From Microbacteriaceae bacterium (GTDB lineage Bacteria; Actinomycetota; Actinomycetes; Actinomycetales; Microbacteriaceae), in the NCBI GenBank assembly GCA_965660355.1, contig CBFHZN010000003.1, forward strand, positions 40,211-104,210: a DNA stretch of 64,000 nt. The letters are read 5' to 3'. Shown piece after piece: positions 9,005 through 18,245 of the stretch. How positions within the stretch are numbered: the stretch's first letter is position 1; every line of letters starts with the position of its first letter. The position numbers and the translations under genes are program-made. Under the pieces are notes generated by a model. It saw only the letters and a program-made list of their open reading frames with translations. It was not told where the DNA came from and made no database searches.

Positions 9005-10525
9005 TTACTTCTCTATTTTTAATTTAATTACTGATGCCGTTGATACAGTTATTCCAATTTCATCTCCAAGTGATATAGAATTACCTAATGTATAAGCTGA
9101 ACCATTTATTGTTATTGTAGTTGTTGGGGCATTAACAATATTGTCTACTGCTGTTATACTAATAGCGTCATCAGCATATAATGTAGTTGATGTATCATCC
9201 ATTAAATCAATTGTCCATCTTTCTATTGCTACTGTTATTTCTCCATCTACATCTAATTTAGTTGATGGTGTTGAAGTTCCAATACCAACATCTCCATTGG
9301 GTTGTATTCTTACAACTTCTGTCGGGGTGGTATTGGAGGCCCAAAAGCTAAGACCGATTCTTGTATTACTACCGCCGTTATAAGGTCGTATTTCTGCATA
9401 ACTAGAAATAGACCCTGCATCTAATCGTATTCCATTTTCTCTAACGCTATTAATGGTAGTTGGCTCTGGTGGTGCATTTTCGATTCTTAGAATACCCTCG
9501 TCAATGTGGAGTTTATTTGTTGGAGAAGTTGTTCCAATACCTAAATTACCTTGAAAATAGCCATCACCAGCATCGTTAATATTAAAAATGGTTATATTAG
9601 ATTGATTATTAATTTTCATTGCATCTGTACTTGATGTGTTACCATTAGTTCTAATACCTAACATAGCACCCAATGATGGAATGCTAGGAAATGGTGAAAT
9701 GTTAAATCCTGCTGCACCTTTTACATAAGCACCAATACCACCACCAACAATTAAACCAATACCAACATTATTACTAATCCAAGTTATTGAATTATAACCA
9801 TTAACTAATCTTTTTATAGCAATACCACCATCACCAGTACTTACACCTTTTACTAAAAAATCACCATCATTAACGTGTAATTTATATGTTGGTGTTGTTG
9901 TTCCAATACCTATAAGACCATTATTTGTAGCGTTTAATAAAATATTCCCGTCACTACCCGAGAAATACCCTACACCTGTTTCTAAAACAATGTTTTTCCC
10001 CGAATTTTGAGATGGGGTTTGTTCGCTCAATCTACCGTTAGATGAAACTATTTTGGTTTCGTACCCCGGAAAATTTAGTGTTGAAGTAGTCGCACCTAAT
10101 GTTATTGTACCACCTATATAATTTGAAAATGAAAGTATTGGATAGTTTTCGCCACCTGTTCCGACTAATTTATCTGAATATATCCTAAATATTTTGTTAT
10201 TTACTTCATTCCTAAATTCTGCTTGTAAGTCAGCTGAATTTGAATTAAATTGAAAATACTGATAACCATTCGAAACTGGAAATCTAATATAACTATTTGA
10301 GTTTCCATTAATGTAATTACCCTGAGCAGAGTTTCCAGTTAAAGTAATATTATTTTCAAATATTTCTATTCTTTTGTTGCTGTCACCCATTCTAGTCATT
10401 GTTAGCTTACCATCAGCGTCAATATCTAGTATCTTCCCATTCTCGCTTTTAATCTCAAATATAGTTCCGCTAGTCAAATTACTAATCCAACTAATTGCTC
10501 CTTGTACTCGTTTTAAAAATCCCAT
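9005..10525 (-). CDS. Tail fibre-like protein with repeated GIGT..P..KL.(V/I) motifs
   Basis: 506 aa, Gly/Asn/Ser/Thr-rich. Three copies of the motif: GIGTTTPTYKLHVNDG, GIGTTSPTNKLHIDEG, GIGTSTPSTKLDVDGE. Confidence 0.6.
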   Translation of the reverse strand: MGFLKRVQGAISWISNLTSGTIFEIKSENGKILDIDADGKLTMTRMGDSNKRIEIFENNITLTGNSAQGNYINGNSNSYIRFPVSNGYQYFQFNSNSADLQAEFRNEVNNKIFRIYSDKLVGTGGENYPILSFSNYIGGTITLGATTSTLNFPGYETKIVSSNGRLSEQTPSQNSGKNIVLETGVGYFSGSDGNILLNATNNGLIGIGTTTPTYKLHVNDGDFLVKGVSTGDGGIAIKRLVNGYNSITWISNNVGIGLIVGGGIGAYVKGAAGFNISPFPSIPSLGAMLGIRTNGNTSSTDAMKINNQSNITIFNINDAGDGYFQGNLGIGTTSPTNKLHIDEGILRIENAPPEPTTINSVRENGIRLDAGSISSYAEIRPYNGGSNTRIGLSFWASNTTPTEVVRIQPNGDVGIGTSTPSTKLDVDGEITVAIERWTIDLMDDTSTTLYADDAISITAVDNIVNAPTTTITINGSAYTLGNSISLGDEIGITVSTASVIKLKIEK

Positions 10526-10528
10526 ATC

Positions 10529-11080
10529 TTAATCTTTTTGCTCAACAATTATTTTCCCTTCTAGATTCTGTTCTGTCATAACGTGTGGCATCATAATCTC
10601 AAAGTCAGATTTACCATTTTCATTAGGCGTTTGACTAATTGAACTATAATAAGCAGTGAAATACTTATCTCCTTTGAATATATGTTTTTCAGTTGATTGT
10701 GCGTTCAAACGCTGCTCCCTTGTGATGACTTCGGCAACGTCAATTAGATTATCACTAATTAAAACTTCATTCAGCCATTCAATGGGTATTAACATCCGAA
10801 TTGACTTGCTGTCAATTAACCAGTTTTGATTCTCTTCCTCAACTATAAAGTCAGTCAACTTTTCTTCGGCTAATTTAGCAAGACATTCATCGTGAATAGA
10901 TACTGTTTCGAAGAACTTGTCCGCTATCTGAAAGGTTGTGAACTTGTGAACTTCCGTTTTACTTGGCTCAATGTTATCAGACGCTAAATCGAACACATCG
11001 AATCCAACGTGATTGTTACTTGTGTTAATCTTAGTGATTATGACTTTTTGACCTGTTGTTTTATTGTATAAATTTTTCAT
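10529..11080 (-). CDS. Hypothetical protein between the fibre genes
   Basis: 183 aa ORF, closely spaced with its neighbours. No motif recognised. Confidence 0.5.
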   Translation of the reverse strand: MKNLYNKTTGQKVIITKINTSNNHVGFDVFDLASDNIEPSKTEVHKFTTFQIADKFFETVSIHDECLAKLAEEKLTDFIVEEENQNWLIDSKSIRMLIPIEWLNEVLISDNLIDVAEVITREQRLNAQSTEKHIFKGDKYFTAYYSSISQTPNENGKSDFEIMMPHVMTEQNLEGKIIVEQKD

Positions 11081-11091
11081 TTTCTTTTATA

Positions 11092-13359
11092 TTAATTTTC
11101 ATACACATCCCATTCTCTAGTAGTCAGAGAGTCGTCTGTCGCTGATGTTGTGTATTGCAGGTTTCTTACTACTGTATTGTTTGAATTTACTGTATTTTCA
11201 AAAGTTGTAGTTTTGCAGTCTGTGAAAGTGTTGTTGTTGCCTGAATTTGTAATGCCTGAATTGAAAATTGTGTTTTTAATATTACTAAAAGGATAATTAG
11301 AAAAATTAACAGGTTGGTTAAATATACATTTATCGACAATAAATAGGTTTTCTCCTGCATTAGTACTAGCTGTGACGAAACTAGTCGTTATATTAAAAAC
11401 ACAATTTTCAATAATTATTTCATCATTCCCGTTGAAACTAGTTATTATATTAGGTTGAGCAGTAATTGTAGAATTTCTTAATTTAAATTTTCTACTATTA
11501 TTAGGTCTATTAGTCAGACCTTTAAAAATTCCTCCATTATAGCTGCCGCCGTTAAATACAAGAAACTCTCCTTCTACATTTGCATAATAATCACTTTCAT
11601 GGTTTATTTCTATATTACCAGATAAAATATTAATACTTTTAATAACTTTAGCTCTTATTCGTGTATCTCCTCCGTCTATTGTAAGACCATCAATAACAAA
11701 ACTATTCGTTCCTATTCCTTCTATACATCTTTCTGTATTATTAGTAACTTTCATATAGCAATTACTAATATAAGCTTGTTGGCTTTGGTTGTATGTACCT
11801 ATAAATCTTGTAGCATTGATATTTCCTGTAGAAACAAAATAAGAATTTTTAATTATGAGACTAGACCTAGATAAATTATTAGTAGTGTTAATGAGATAAC
11901 AATTAGCTGTGTTAATTTGGCTATTTAGGTTGCAATTATCAAAAACTAAATTGATCTCACCAGTAATTCCTGGATTATGTAGTAAATTTGCGCCATTATT
12001 TCCTGGTGTATTGCTAGAGCCTATAATGTTACAACATCTAAATTCAACTTTTATAAATTTTTCGTTGTTATTATATGGTCCTGCTTCAATTTGATTAGTA
12101 CCTAAATTAATAGCATCTCCGTTACCTATTAAAAGAAACTCATTTTGGATAGAAGTGCTTTGCGTTTCAGTAATTTCTCCAACTTGTTTTAAGATGTATT
12201 TGCCATCAGCTACTGCTGCTTGAATAGACGTGTAATCTGCACCCGTTGTGCCTACTGTTGGAGGTACTATTCCTGTTAGTTGTGATCCATCTCCTTGAAA
12301 GGAGCCTGTAAAAGAACCAGAGAATGAACCCGTGTTGTGTGTTTGTTTGAATTCATCTAAATCAAAGTACACTGTACGATTTTCTGGTCTTACATACAAG
12401 ACACCTTGAGTAGGTGAATTTGACGCATTTAATACCTTCCCTATACGAATTGCTTTTATTGGGGGTGTTGGGATTATTGTGGTTGCTGATCCAGATACTG
12501 TTGAGGATAAATATAATTGATCATCTGTGTTAAATGATGTTAAATTTAGACCACGAGCTACACCATTCAACATGATGGCTCCAAAATTATTTACCCCTAT
12601 ATCTTGTAATACAACTCCAATAAAACATGAACAATCTGCACCAGAGGTTGCTATGGCTCTTTTTACACGAGGGGTTTGTCCTGTAGTGGTTGAGGTGAAA
12701 TCAACTATGGTGCCTTTGGTTAAAGTAACAGTATCGGCATTTCTTACACGAGCATACAAGGTTTGTCCCAACTCAATTGGGACATCATTTTCTATGTAAA
12801 ATGTAAATCGACCATCATCAAATGAATATCCTAAATCACCTTGTGTTCCTGTGAATGTGCCTTGTTGGGTAAATGATATTCTATCGGTTTGTAAAGAACC
12901 ACTTAATAATATTGCTTGTACTGTGTTTGTTACATCAATGCTCCCACTAACTGAAAGTGATCCTGTTATCTCAACATCACTATCACGTGTAATGGGATTA
13001 GAGCCTGACCATTTGGATGATATTAGGCCAGTTAACTGTGAACCATCCCCAATAAAACTACCTGTAAATGATCCGGTGTTATATATTTGTGTAAATGTTT
13101 CAAAGCTACCAGATAAAATATCTATACTAGAGCTGTTTGCAAGTATTCGTGTGTCAAATGATGAGCTATCCTGTACATATGAGGATGTAAAATCATTAAA
13201 TACTGTTAAAGGTGTATAGCTACCAGAGGCAGATGTTTGAGTTAAATATCCAACATCATTTACTAAAAGAGATATAAGGTTCCCCTCAAACAAAACTCCT
13301 TTAAATTTGGAGTTTTGCCATAAGTTATTATAGGTTCGTTTGGGGGTTTGTTCTGCCAT
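11092..13359 (-). CDS. Tail fibre / beta-helix-like structural protein
   Basis: 755 aa. Duplicated segment (YNTGSFTGSFIGDGSQLTGL and HNTGSFSGSFTGSFQGDGSQLTGI). Asn-rich C-terminal repeats resemble a right-handed beta-helix. Confidence 0.55.
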   Translation of the reverse strand: MAEQTPKRTYNNLWQNSKFKGVLFEGNLISLLVNDVGYLTQTSASGSYTPLTVFNDFTSSYVQDSSSFDTRILANSSSIDILSGSFETFTQIYNTGSFTGSFIGDGSQLTGLISSKWSGSNPITRDSDVEITGSLSVSGSIDVTNTVQAILLSGSLQTDRISFTQQGTFTGTQGDLGYSFDDGRFTFYIENDVPIELGQTLYARVRNADTVTLTKGTIVDFTSTTTGQTPRVKRAIATSGADCSCFIGVVLQDIGVNNFGAIMLNGVARGLNLTSFNTDDQLYLSSTVSGSATTIIPTPPIKAIRIGKVLNASNSPTQGVLYVRPENRTVYFDLDEFKQTHNTGSFSGSFTGSFQGDGSQLTGIVPPTVGTTGADYTSIQAAVADGKYILKQVGEITETQSTSIQNEFLLIGNGDAINLGTNQIEAGPYNNNEKFIKVEFRCCNIIGSSNTPGNNGANLLHNPGITGEINLVFDNCNLNSQINTANCYLINTTNNLSRSSLIIKNSYFVSTGNINATRFIGTYNQSQQAYISNCYMKVTNNTERCIEGIGTNSFVIDGLTIDGGDTRIRAKVIKSINILSGNIEINHESDYYANVEGEFLVFNGGSYNGGIFKGLTNRPNNSRKFKLRNSTITAQPNIITSFNGNDEIIIENCVFNITTSFVTASTNAGENLFIVDKCIFNQPVNFSNYPFSNIKNTIFNSGITNSGNNNTFTDCKTTTFENTVNSNNTVVRNLQYTTSATDDSLTTREWDVYEN

Positions 13360-13507
13360 CTATATTAAAAATGAGTTTGATTATATGGTGTTTTCTTGAT
13401 AGGTATTAAAATCATTACCTATTTCAATCTTGGTTAATGTATCAATAATTTTGGTTTCTTTTGTTTCTAACATCCCACTATTACTGTATATACGTCCATG
13501 TTTTCTT

Positions 13508-14119
13508 TCATAGTTTAAACTTTTCTTCAAAATATTTATGTTTTCCTTTTTTCTTGTCTCGTTTGTTTTTTACAATCATTTGAATTGTGTAGCTAATTGA
13601 TTTAATTGAAAAATTAAGTGGTTGAGGTCTATAATTATCTATTAAAATAAACCGAAAAACTTCTGAAAGAAAAGCAGAACCAGAACCAAAAAACATAGCA
13701 GGAACAACGTATGAGTCACGTTTTCCGTGCCTTGACATTTTAAGCATCAAATCAGACATTTTGTAAGTCAAAGCAGTTCCGAATGTCCCTTCAGCTACTC
13801 CGTAATATGACCATGCTATGTCTTGGTAGGAGAAAAGTCCATTTTGTTTAAAATTGTAGTCGTATATTTCTTTTCCTACAATTGGTAAAGTTGATGCTAC
13901 TGTTGTCCTTAATGCTGCACGCCAATAATTAACGTTGTTGTCAATCATATAAGTAGTGCCAAACACACCCATTCCAAAGCCAACTAACTCATGCTTTTGT
14001 TTATCTTTACCATAACTCCAAGAGTCTTTTAAACCCTCCTGAGCGTTAACTGTTGTAGATAAAATTGCGATAATAAAAATTAACTTTTTCATAATTATTT
14101 GTTTTAAGTTTGGGGACAA
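13508..14119 (-). CDS. Secreted/membrane protein inside the receptor-binding cluster (DUF2279/YfiM-like is a weak guess)
   Basis: Likely start at M10 (14092): MKKLIFIIAILSTTVNAQ is a signal peptide. Later hydrophobic segments and a basic C-terminus. Confidence 0.5.
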   Translation of the reverse strand: MSPNLKQIIMKKLIFIIAILSTTVNAQEGLKDSWSYGKDKQKHELVGFGMGVFGTTYMIDNNVNYWRAALRTTVASTLPIVGKEIYDYNFKQNGLFSYQDIAWSYYGVAEGTFGTALTYKMSDLMLKMSRHGKRDSYVVPAMFFGSGSAFLSEVFRFILIDNYRPQPLNFSIKSISYTIQMIVKNKRDKKKGKHKYFEEKFKL

Positions 14120-14129
14120 TATACGAAAA

Positions 14130-14315
14130 TTAAGTTAATTCCTCGTTTTGCTCTTTCCAATCTAAGTACTTTTGCGGAGGTGTTTCTGCGTAAAAATACC
14201 CGTCACGTTCAAAATCGTGGTTATCTTCATCCATTATTTGACCGTCGGGAAATATCAACTTTGATACATTTTCCCACGTTCCGTCTTCTTTCTCTCTGTA
14301 TATTTTCTTTTCCAT
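14130..14315 (-). CDS. Small conserved partner protein of LRR genes, copy 2
   Basis: 61 aa. ..IFPDGQIMDEDNHDFERDGYFYAETPPQKYLDWKE. Its start lies 1 nt after the upstream LRR gene stop. Confidence 0.65.
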   Translation of the reverse strand: MEKKIYREKEDGTWENVSKLIFPDGQIMDEDNHDFERDGYFYAETPPQKYLDWKEQNEELT

Positions 14316-14316
14316 A

Positions 14317-15807
14317 TTATGCGTATGCTATTGTGTATCCCTTACCAGTTGCTATTCCTGTTGGCTCGCCACTTGTGAAAGCTGGCAGTGTTATTGTTTG
14401 CGCTCCTGATGCTGTACCAAGTGAATCGAATAAATCTTGCAAGTTTTGCCCTGTGATTTGAGTCTCTTTAATATCAAAACCCACTGTGATACCTGTTAAT
14501 AATAATCTTTTCAGTGAAAAACAATCTGTGAACGCTGCAAATGTGTTTGTCACTCCTGACATATCGCCCAAAAATTCTATTTTTCTAACGCTTTCACACC
14601 TATTAAATGTCGTGCTAAGCCTAGTTAATGATGATCCTACTGTTATCGTTCCTATTTCAGTTAGTACTTTATTTCCTATAAACATCTGAAGCAAATCAGT
14701 TGCCATTGGAGCGTATATATTACCCACTTTTCTAATTCTGCTATTTCTGAACATCTGATTAAGGTTGCCTGAGTTTACATTAGAAAAAGTTAGATTTCCT
14801 ATTTCACTTATAGCTGATGTATCAAAGGCACGACCTCCTGCTGTTTGGTCTGAATTTATATTTATAGGATTCCCGTTTAAATCTCTAACATTTCCCAAAG
14901 CTGTAAAGGCATCTATTAAACTGCCCATTGGATAAGTAGAGGAATCGTAATCAAAAATACGTAAATTTGACATACCTTGATTTACAGCGTTAAACTGACC
15001 TATATCCCCCGTAATAACTAAACGCTCCAATAATCTACATTTATATCTTGCCGTAACTGATGGTTGAAATACTAATCCGCTTATGCCTGTTGTGTCTAAT
15101 CTAATATCTAGCCAGTTCTGAGTTCTTTCATTAACCCCTGTCGTTGGGCTTGTTATTTCTGAAATAAATAATTGAGTAATATTACTAGGTAAATCAATTT
15201 GAACGATAACCATTTTGTAATTAAAACCATTACCGTCAACTAAAACAGGGCTTGTTATTGTTGCATAGTCGTAAACGTGGTTTTCTGTTCCTGTGCTTGT
15301 GACCGTTGTGCCGTCACCCCAATCAATTAAACTTGCTGTGCCGTTCTTATTAATAGCGACTGCATTAAATCCATTCTCATAAACCGCAAACAAACCATAA
15401 AAAACATTATCCCCAGCCGTTACCGTTGGCATATCTAACCAATCTGGATTTCTTGTCCACCATCCTTGATCTGGTGTTATATCCAAATTAACATCATCCC
15501 CACTAACACTATCAACTGTTATTGCGTTACCGTCAGCGTCTAGTAGATTAAAGTTCTTTGAACCGCCTGAAGGAATTGAAGCAGTTACTTCGTTGGTGTT
15601 GATTGTTGCTGTGGCGGCAGGCGCTGCAATTTCCAAATCATTACCTGCCAGCGTGTTGTTTGTAGCTATTGGATTTCCATCTGTATCTACAGTCGAAACA
15701 CTTAAAGTATCGCCACTCGCAACCGTACCTAGGTTGGTGGAGTTGACGTCTATTGTTACTTTAGGACATTTTAACTTCCTTATAGTTATAGTTTTATTAG
15801 AACTCAT
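14317..15807 (-). CDS. BspA-type LRR protein with PKD-like segment, paralog 2; putative receptor-binding protein
   Basis: 496 aa. GWWTRNPDWLDMPTV..IDWGDGTTVTSTG..HVYDYATIT.. then LRR units (MFRNSRIRKVGNI, TFNRCESVRKIEF, AFTDCFSLKRLLL). The C-terminal 48 aa are nearly identical to those of 15984..18245. Confidence 0.65.
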   Translation of the reverse strand: MSSNKTITIRKLKCPKVTIDVNSTNLGTVASGDTLSVSTVDTDGNPIATNNTLAGNDLEIAAPAATATINTNEVTASIPSGGSKNFNLLDADGNAITVDSVSGDDVNLDITPDQGWWTRNPDWLDMPTVTAGDNVFYGLFAVYENGFNAVAINKNGTASLIDWGDGTTVTSTGTENHVYDYATITSPVLVDGNGFNYKMVIVQIDLPSNITQLFISEITSPTTGVNERTQNWLDIRLDTTGISGLVFQPSVTARYKCRLLERLVITGDIGQFNAVNQGMSNLRIFDYDSSTYPMGSLIDAFTALGNVRDLNGNPININSDQTAGGRAFDTSAISEIGNLTFSNVNSGNLNQMFRNSRIRKVGNIYAPMATDLLQMFIGNKVLTEIGTITVGSSLTRLSTTFNRCESVRKIEFLGDMSGVTNTFAAFTDCFSLKRLLLTGITVGFDIKETQITGQNLQDLFDSLGTASGAQTITLPAFTSGEPTGIATGKGYTIAYA

Positions 15808-15991
15808 AATTTTCTATATTTTCTTGATTTTCCAACCATTCAGTATATTCCGTTGGTGGCTCTTCTGACCAAAAGAAACCATCTCTTGCAAAGTCGTGGT
15901 TATTTTCATCCATGATTTGACCATCAGGAAACACAACTTTTGTATAATTTCCCCAATTTCCGTGTTCGTCTATTCTGTATATTTTATGCAT
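15797..15991 (-). CDS. Small conserved partner protein of LRR genes, copy 1
   Basis: 64 aa. ..VFPDGQIMDENNHDFARDGFFWSEEPPTEYTEW. Overlaps both flanking LRR genes (by 8 and 11 nt). Confidence 0.65.
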   Translation of the reverse strand: MHKIYRIDEHGNWGNYTKVVFPDGQIMDENNHDFARDGFFWSEEPPTEYTEWLENQENIENYEF

Positions 15992-18245
15992 ATGCTATTG
16001 TATATCCTTTTCCTGTTGCTATTCCTGTTGGCTCTCCACTTGTAAAGTTAGGTAGTGTTATTGTTTGTGTTCCATTTGCTATACCAATTGAATCAAATAA
16101 ATCTTGTAAGTTTTGTCCTGTGATTTGTGACCATCTTATGTCGAAGCCTACTGTAATGTTGGGGAGGATTAAGCGTCTTAGGGAGTTACACTCTTGAAAT
16201 GTTTGGTTAGTATTATTTACCCCCGACATATCTCCTGCAAAAATAATTTCTTTTAAACTAAACGCTCTAAAAAATGCTAGGGATAAATTTAAAAGAGACA
16301 CTCCAACTGTAATTGTGCCTATTGAATATAATTTATAACAGAAATAGAAAGCCCCGTCTAATTGAGTTGCACTTGGAATGTTAATATCACCTATTTCTTG
16401 AATATTACTATTTATGAAAAACATTCTTCTTTGACTTTCACCTAATAAATCAGTGATATTTCCTACTTTAGAAATTAAAGTTTCTTGAAATGCAAACTGC
16501 TGACCAGATGAAGGTCCTGATATTGTTTGAGCATTAATACTTACAGGTGTGCCATTTGCGTCTGCCCTAAAATCATTAAAAGAACCAAACTCAGTCCTTA
16601 TCTGATTAAACCAATTATAATCTACAACTTTTAAATTAGGGCATAATTTTGCATTACGCAACCTTACTAAATCCCCTATAATATTTATTCGCTCCAAATA
16701 ATTCATCCTATATTGATTATTATTCGATGCATCAAAACTCAAGTTAAAAATTCTTGTACTGCTAATAGCTACATCCAACCAATTTTGAGGTCTTAAATTT
16801 GTTCCTGTTGTGGGTGTTGTGGTTCTATCTATTTGAACTAGAAGAGTAGTACTATCAAAGTCAAACTCAACCATCACTTGCTTATAATTCCTACCATCGT
16901 CTGAAACTAATACAGCACCCGAAATAGTTGAATAGTCGTAAACATGGTTGTACGTTTGATTTGCACCACTTCCTGAATCAGTCGCACCATCGCCCCAATC
17001 AATAGAATGATTGCCACCACTCAATAAGATAGCCACCGCATTAAAATCATCCTCAAAAACCGCATACAACCCCGCAAACTTGTTATCCCCCTCGTTTATA
17101 GTTGGCATTGGTAACCATCCCTCAGGACGTTCCCACCAAACTTTAGGGCAAAAACTTTCCAACTCTATAACTTGATCTGACATTGCTGGGAAAGTGAGGG
17201 TATCTAATACATTACCATCCTCATCTTCAATAACATAGTTAATATCGTTAAGTTCTCCAGTTGCTCCTGAGAATATAGATTGACTGAATGAGTTGTCTGA
17301 GTTAATTACGGTTGCTGGGCGACATACTGGGGCAGGTAAGGGAGGGGTTGAGGGTGGTGTTGGAGAGAGGTTATCAATTTCTACACCAAATGTTAATTTT
17401 GATTTACTGTTGTATTTTTTAATGGAGTTTAAATCCTTTTGCACCACATCAGGAACTATATATCCATTTATCTTTAAGGTAAATGTACTTCGTACTACTC
17501 TGTTTGTCCCTTGATTTAACTCATTGGTTGTAGCAAATGAATCAATGCGTGCTTTAAACTTAAAACGTTCAGGATCGCCCCAGTATGAATCAGATGCATA
17601 ATTAATTGATTCAACGATTTTATTCAGTTGTTCCACATAGTATGTTTGCACTATGAAGCTATATGTTAATGTAACATAATCAGGAACAACATTTGCTATA
17701 AATTGCTTATTGGGAACTCTATTATTTAAAACATCAAAATTGGAATATGAATTCTTTTTATTATATGCTGTTTGCCAAAAAGTATATAAATGAGGATCAT
17801 TAGCATCTAACTTTCTTGTAATGCTTCTATTTTTGGTGATATCATCCCTCTTGAATACCGCGATAGGCATCATCAATTTCCCATTTTTATCCCTTATGAT
17901 ACCATCTTTTTGAATTGCTTTAAAACGCTCAGGAGAACCATATACCAAAGGTACTGGGATTCTTTCCCCATTTTGAATTACAAATGGTTTTATAACATTT
18001 TCAAAATAGTATAGTACTGCCTCATCAACATCTTGCAGATTAACCGAAAATGGTTTATGAGTATCCCCTGTATGGGATAATTTTTCTGCTCTATTGTGGT
18101 CTACTCCCTTTTGTGATTTGGGTGTAAATTGTCTAAAATCTATAGAAGGATCAACACCCTCTCCGGTTTCCGGATTTGAGTAAGGGTTTATCAAATTATT
18201 TGATATTTCCTTTTGAGATTTTGGTGTTGGTTTTTTATTTGCCAT
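15984..18245 (-). CDS. Fusion protein: T4 gp15-like tail completion/neck-proximal domain (N-terminal about 290 aa), Pro-rich linker, and BspA-type LRR domain
   Basis: 753 aa. The N-terminal part (..IPVPLVYGSPERFKAI.., ..TLTYSFIVQTYYVEQLNKIVE.., ..TFTLKINGYIVP) resembles gp15 and follows the gp13/gp14-like genes. Linker PTPPSTPPLPAP. The C-terminal 450 aa is collinear with 14317..15807. Confidence 0.55.
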   Translation of the reverse strand: MANKKPTPKSQKEISNNLINPYSNPETGEGVDPSIDFRQFTPKSQKGVDHNRAEKLSHTGDTHKPFSVNLQDVDEAVLYYFENVIKPFVIQNGERIPVPLVYGSPERFKAIQKDGIIRDKNGKLMMPIAVFKRDDITKNRSITRKLDANDPHLYTFWQTAYNKKNSYSNFDVLNNRVPNKQFIANVVPDYVTLTYSFIVQTYYVEQLNKIVESINYASDSYWGDPERFKFKARIDSFATTNELNQGTNRVVRSTFTLKINGYIVPDVVQKDLNSIKKYNSKSKLTFGVEIDNLSPTPPSTPPLPAPVCRPATVINSDNSFSQSIFSGATGELNDINYVIEDEDGNVLDTLTFPAMSDQVIELESFCPKVWWERPEGWLPMPTINEGDNKFAGLYAVFEDDFNAVAILLSGGNHSIDWGDGATDSGSGANQTYNHVYDYSTISGAVLVSDDGRNYKQVMVEFDFDSTTLLVQIDRTTTPTTGTNLRPQNWLDVAISSTRIFNLSFDASNNNQYRMNYLERINIIGDLVRLRNAKLCPNLKVVDYNWFNQIRTEFGSFNDFRADANGTPVSINAQTISGPSSGQQFAFQETLISKVGNITDLLGESQRRMFFINSNIQEIGDINIPSATQLDGAFYFCYKLYSIGTITVGVSLLNLSLAFFRAFSLKEIIFAGDMSGVNNTNQTFQECNSLRRLILPNITVGFDIRWSQITGQNLQDLFDSIGIANGTQTITLPNFTSGEPTGIATGKGYTIAYA

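Noticed and set aside
13381-13473. 30-aa minus-strand ORF (MLETKETKIIDTLTKIEIGNDFNTYQENTI) and a 7-bp hairpin (13401..13424) in the gap after the membrane-protein gene
   Set aside because: The ORF is too short and has no supporting signal. The hairpin lacks a U tract. There is not enough evidence to call a gene or a terminator.
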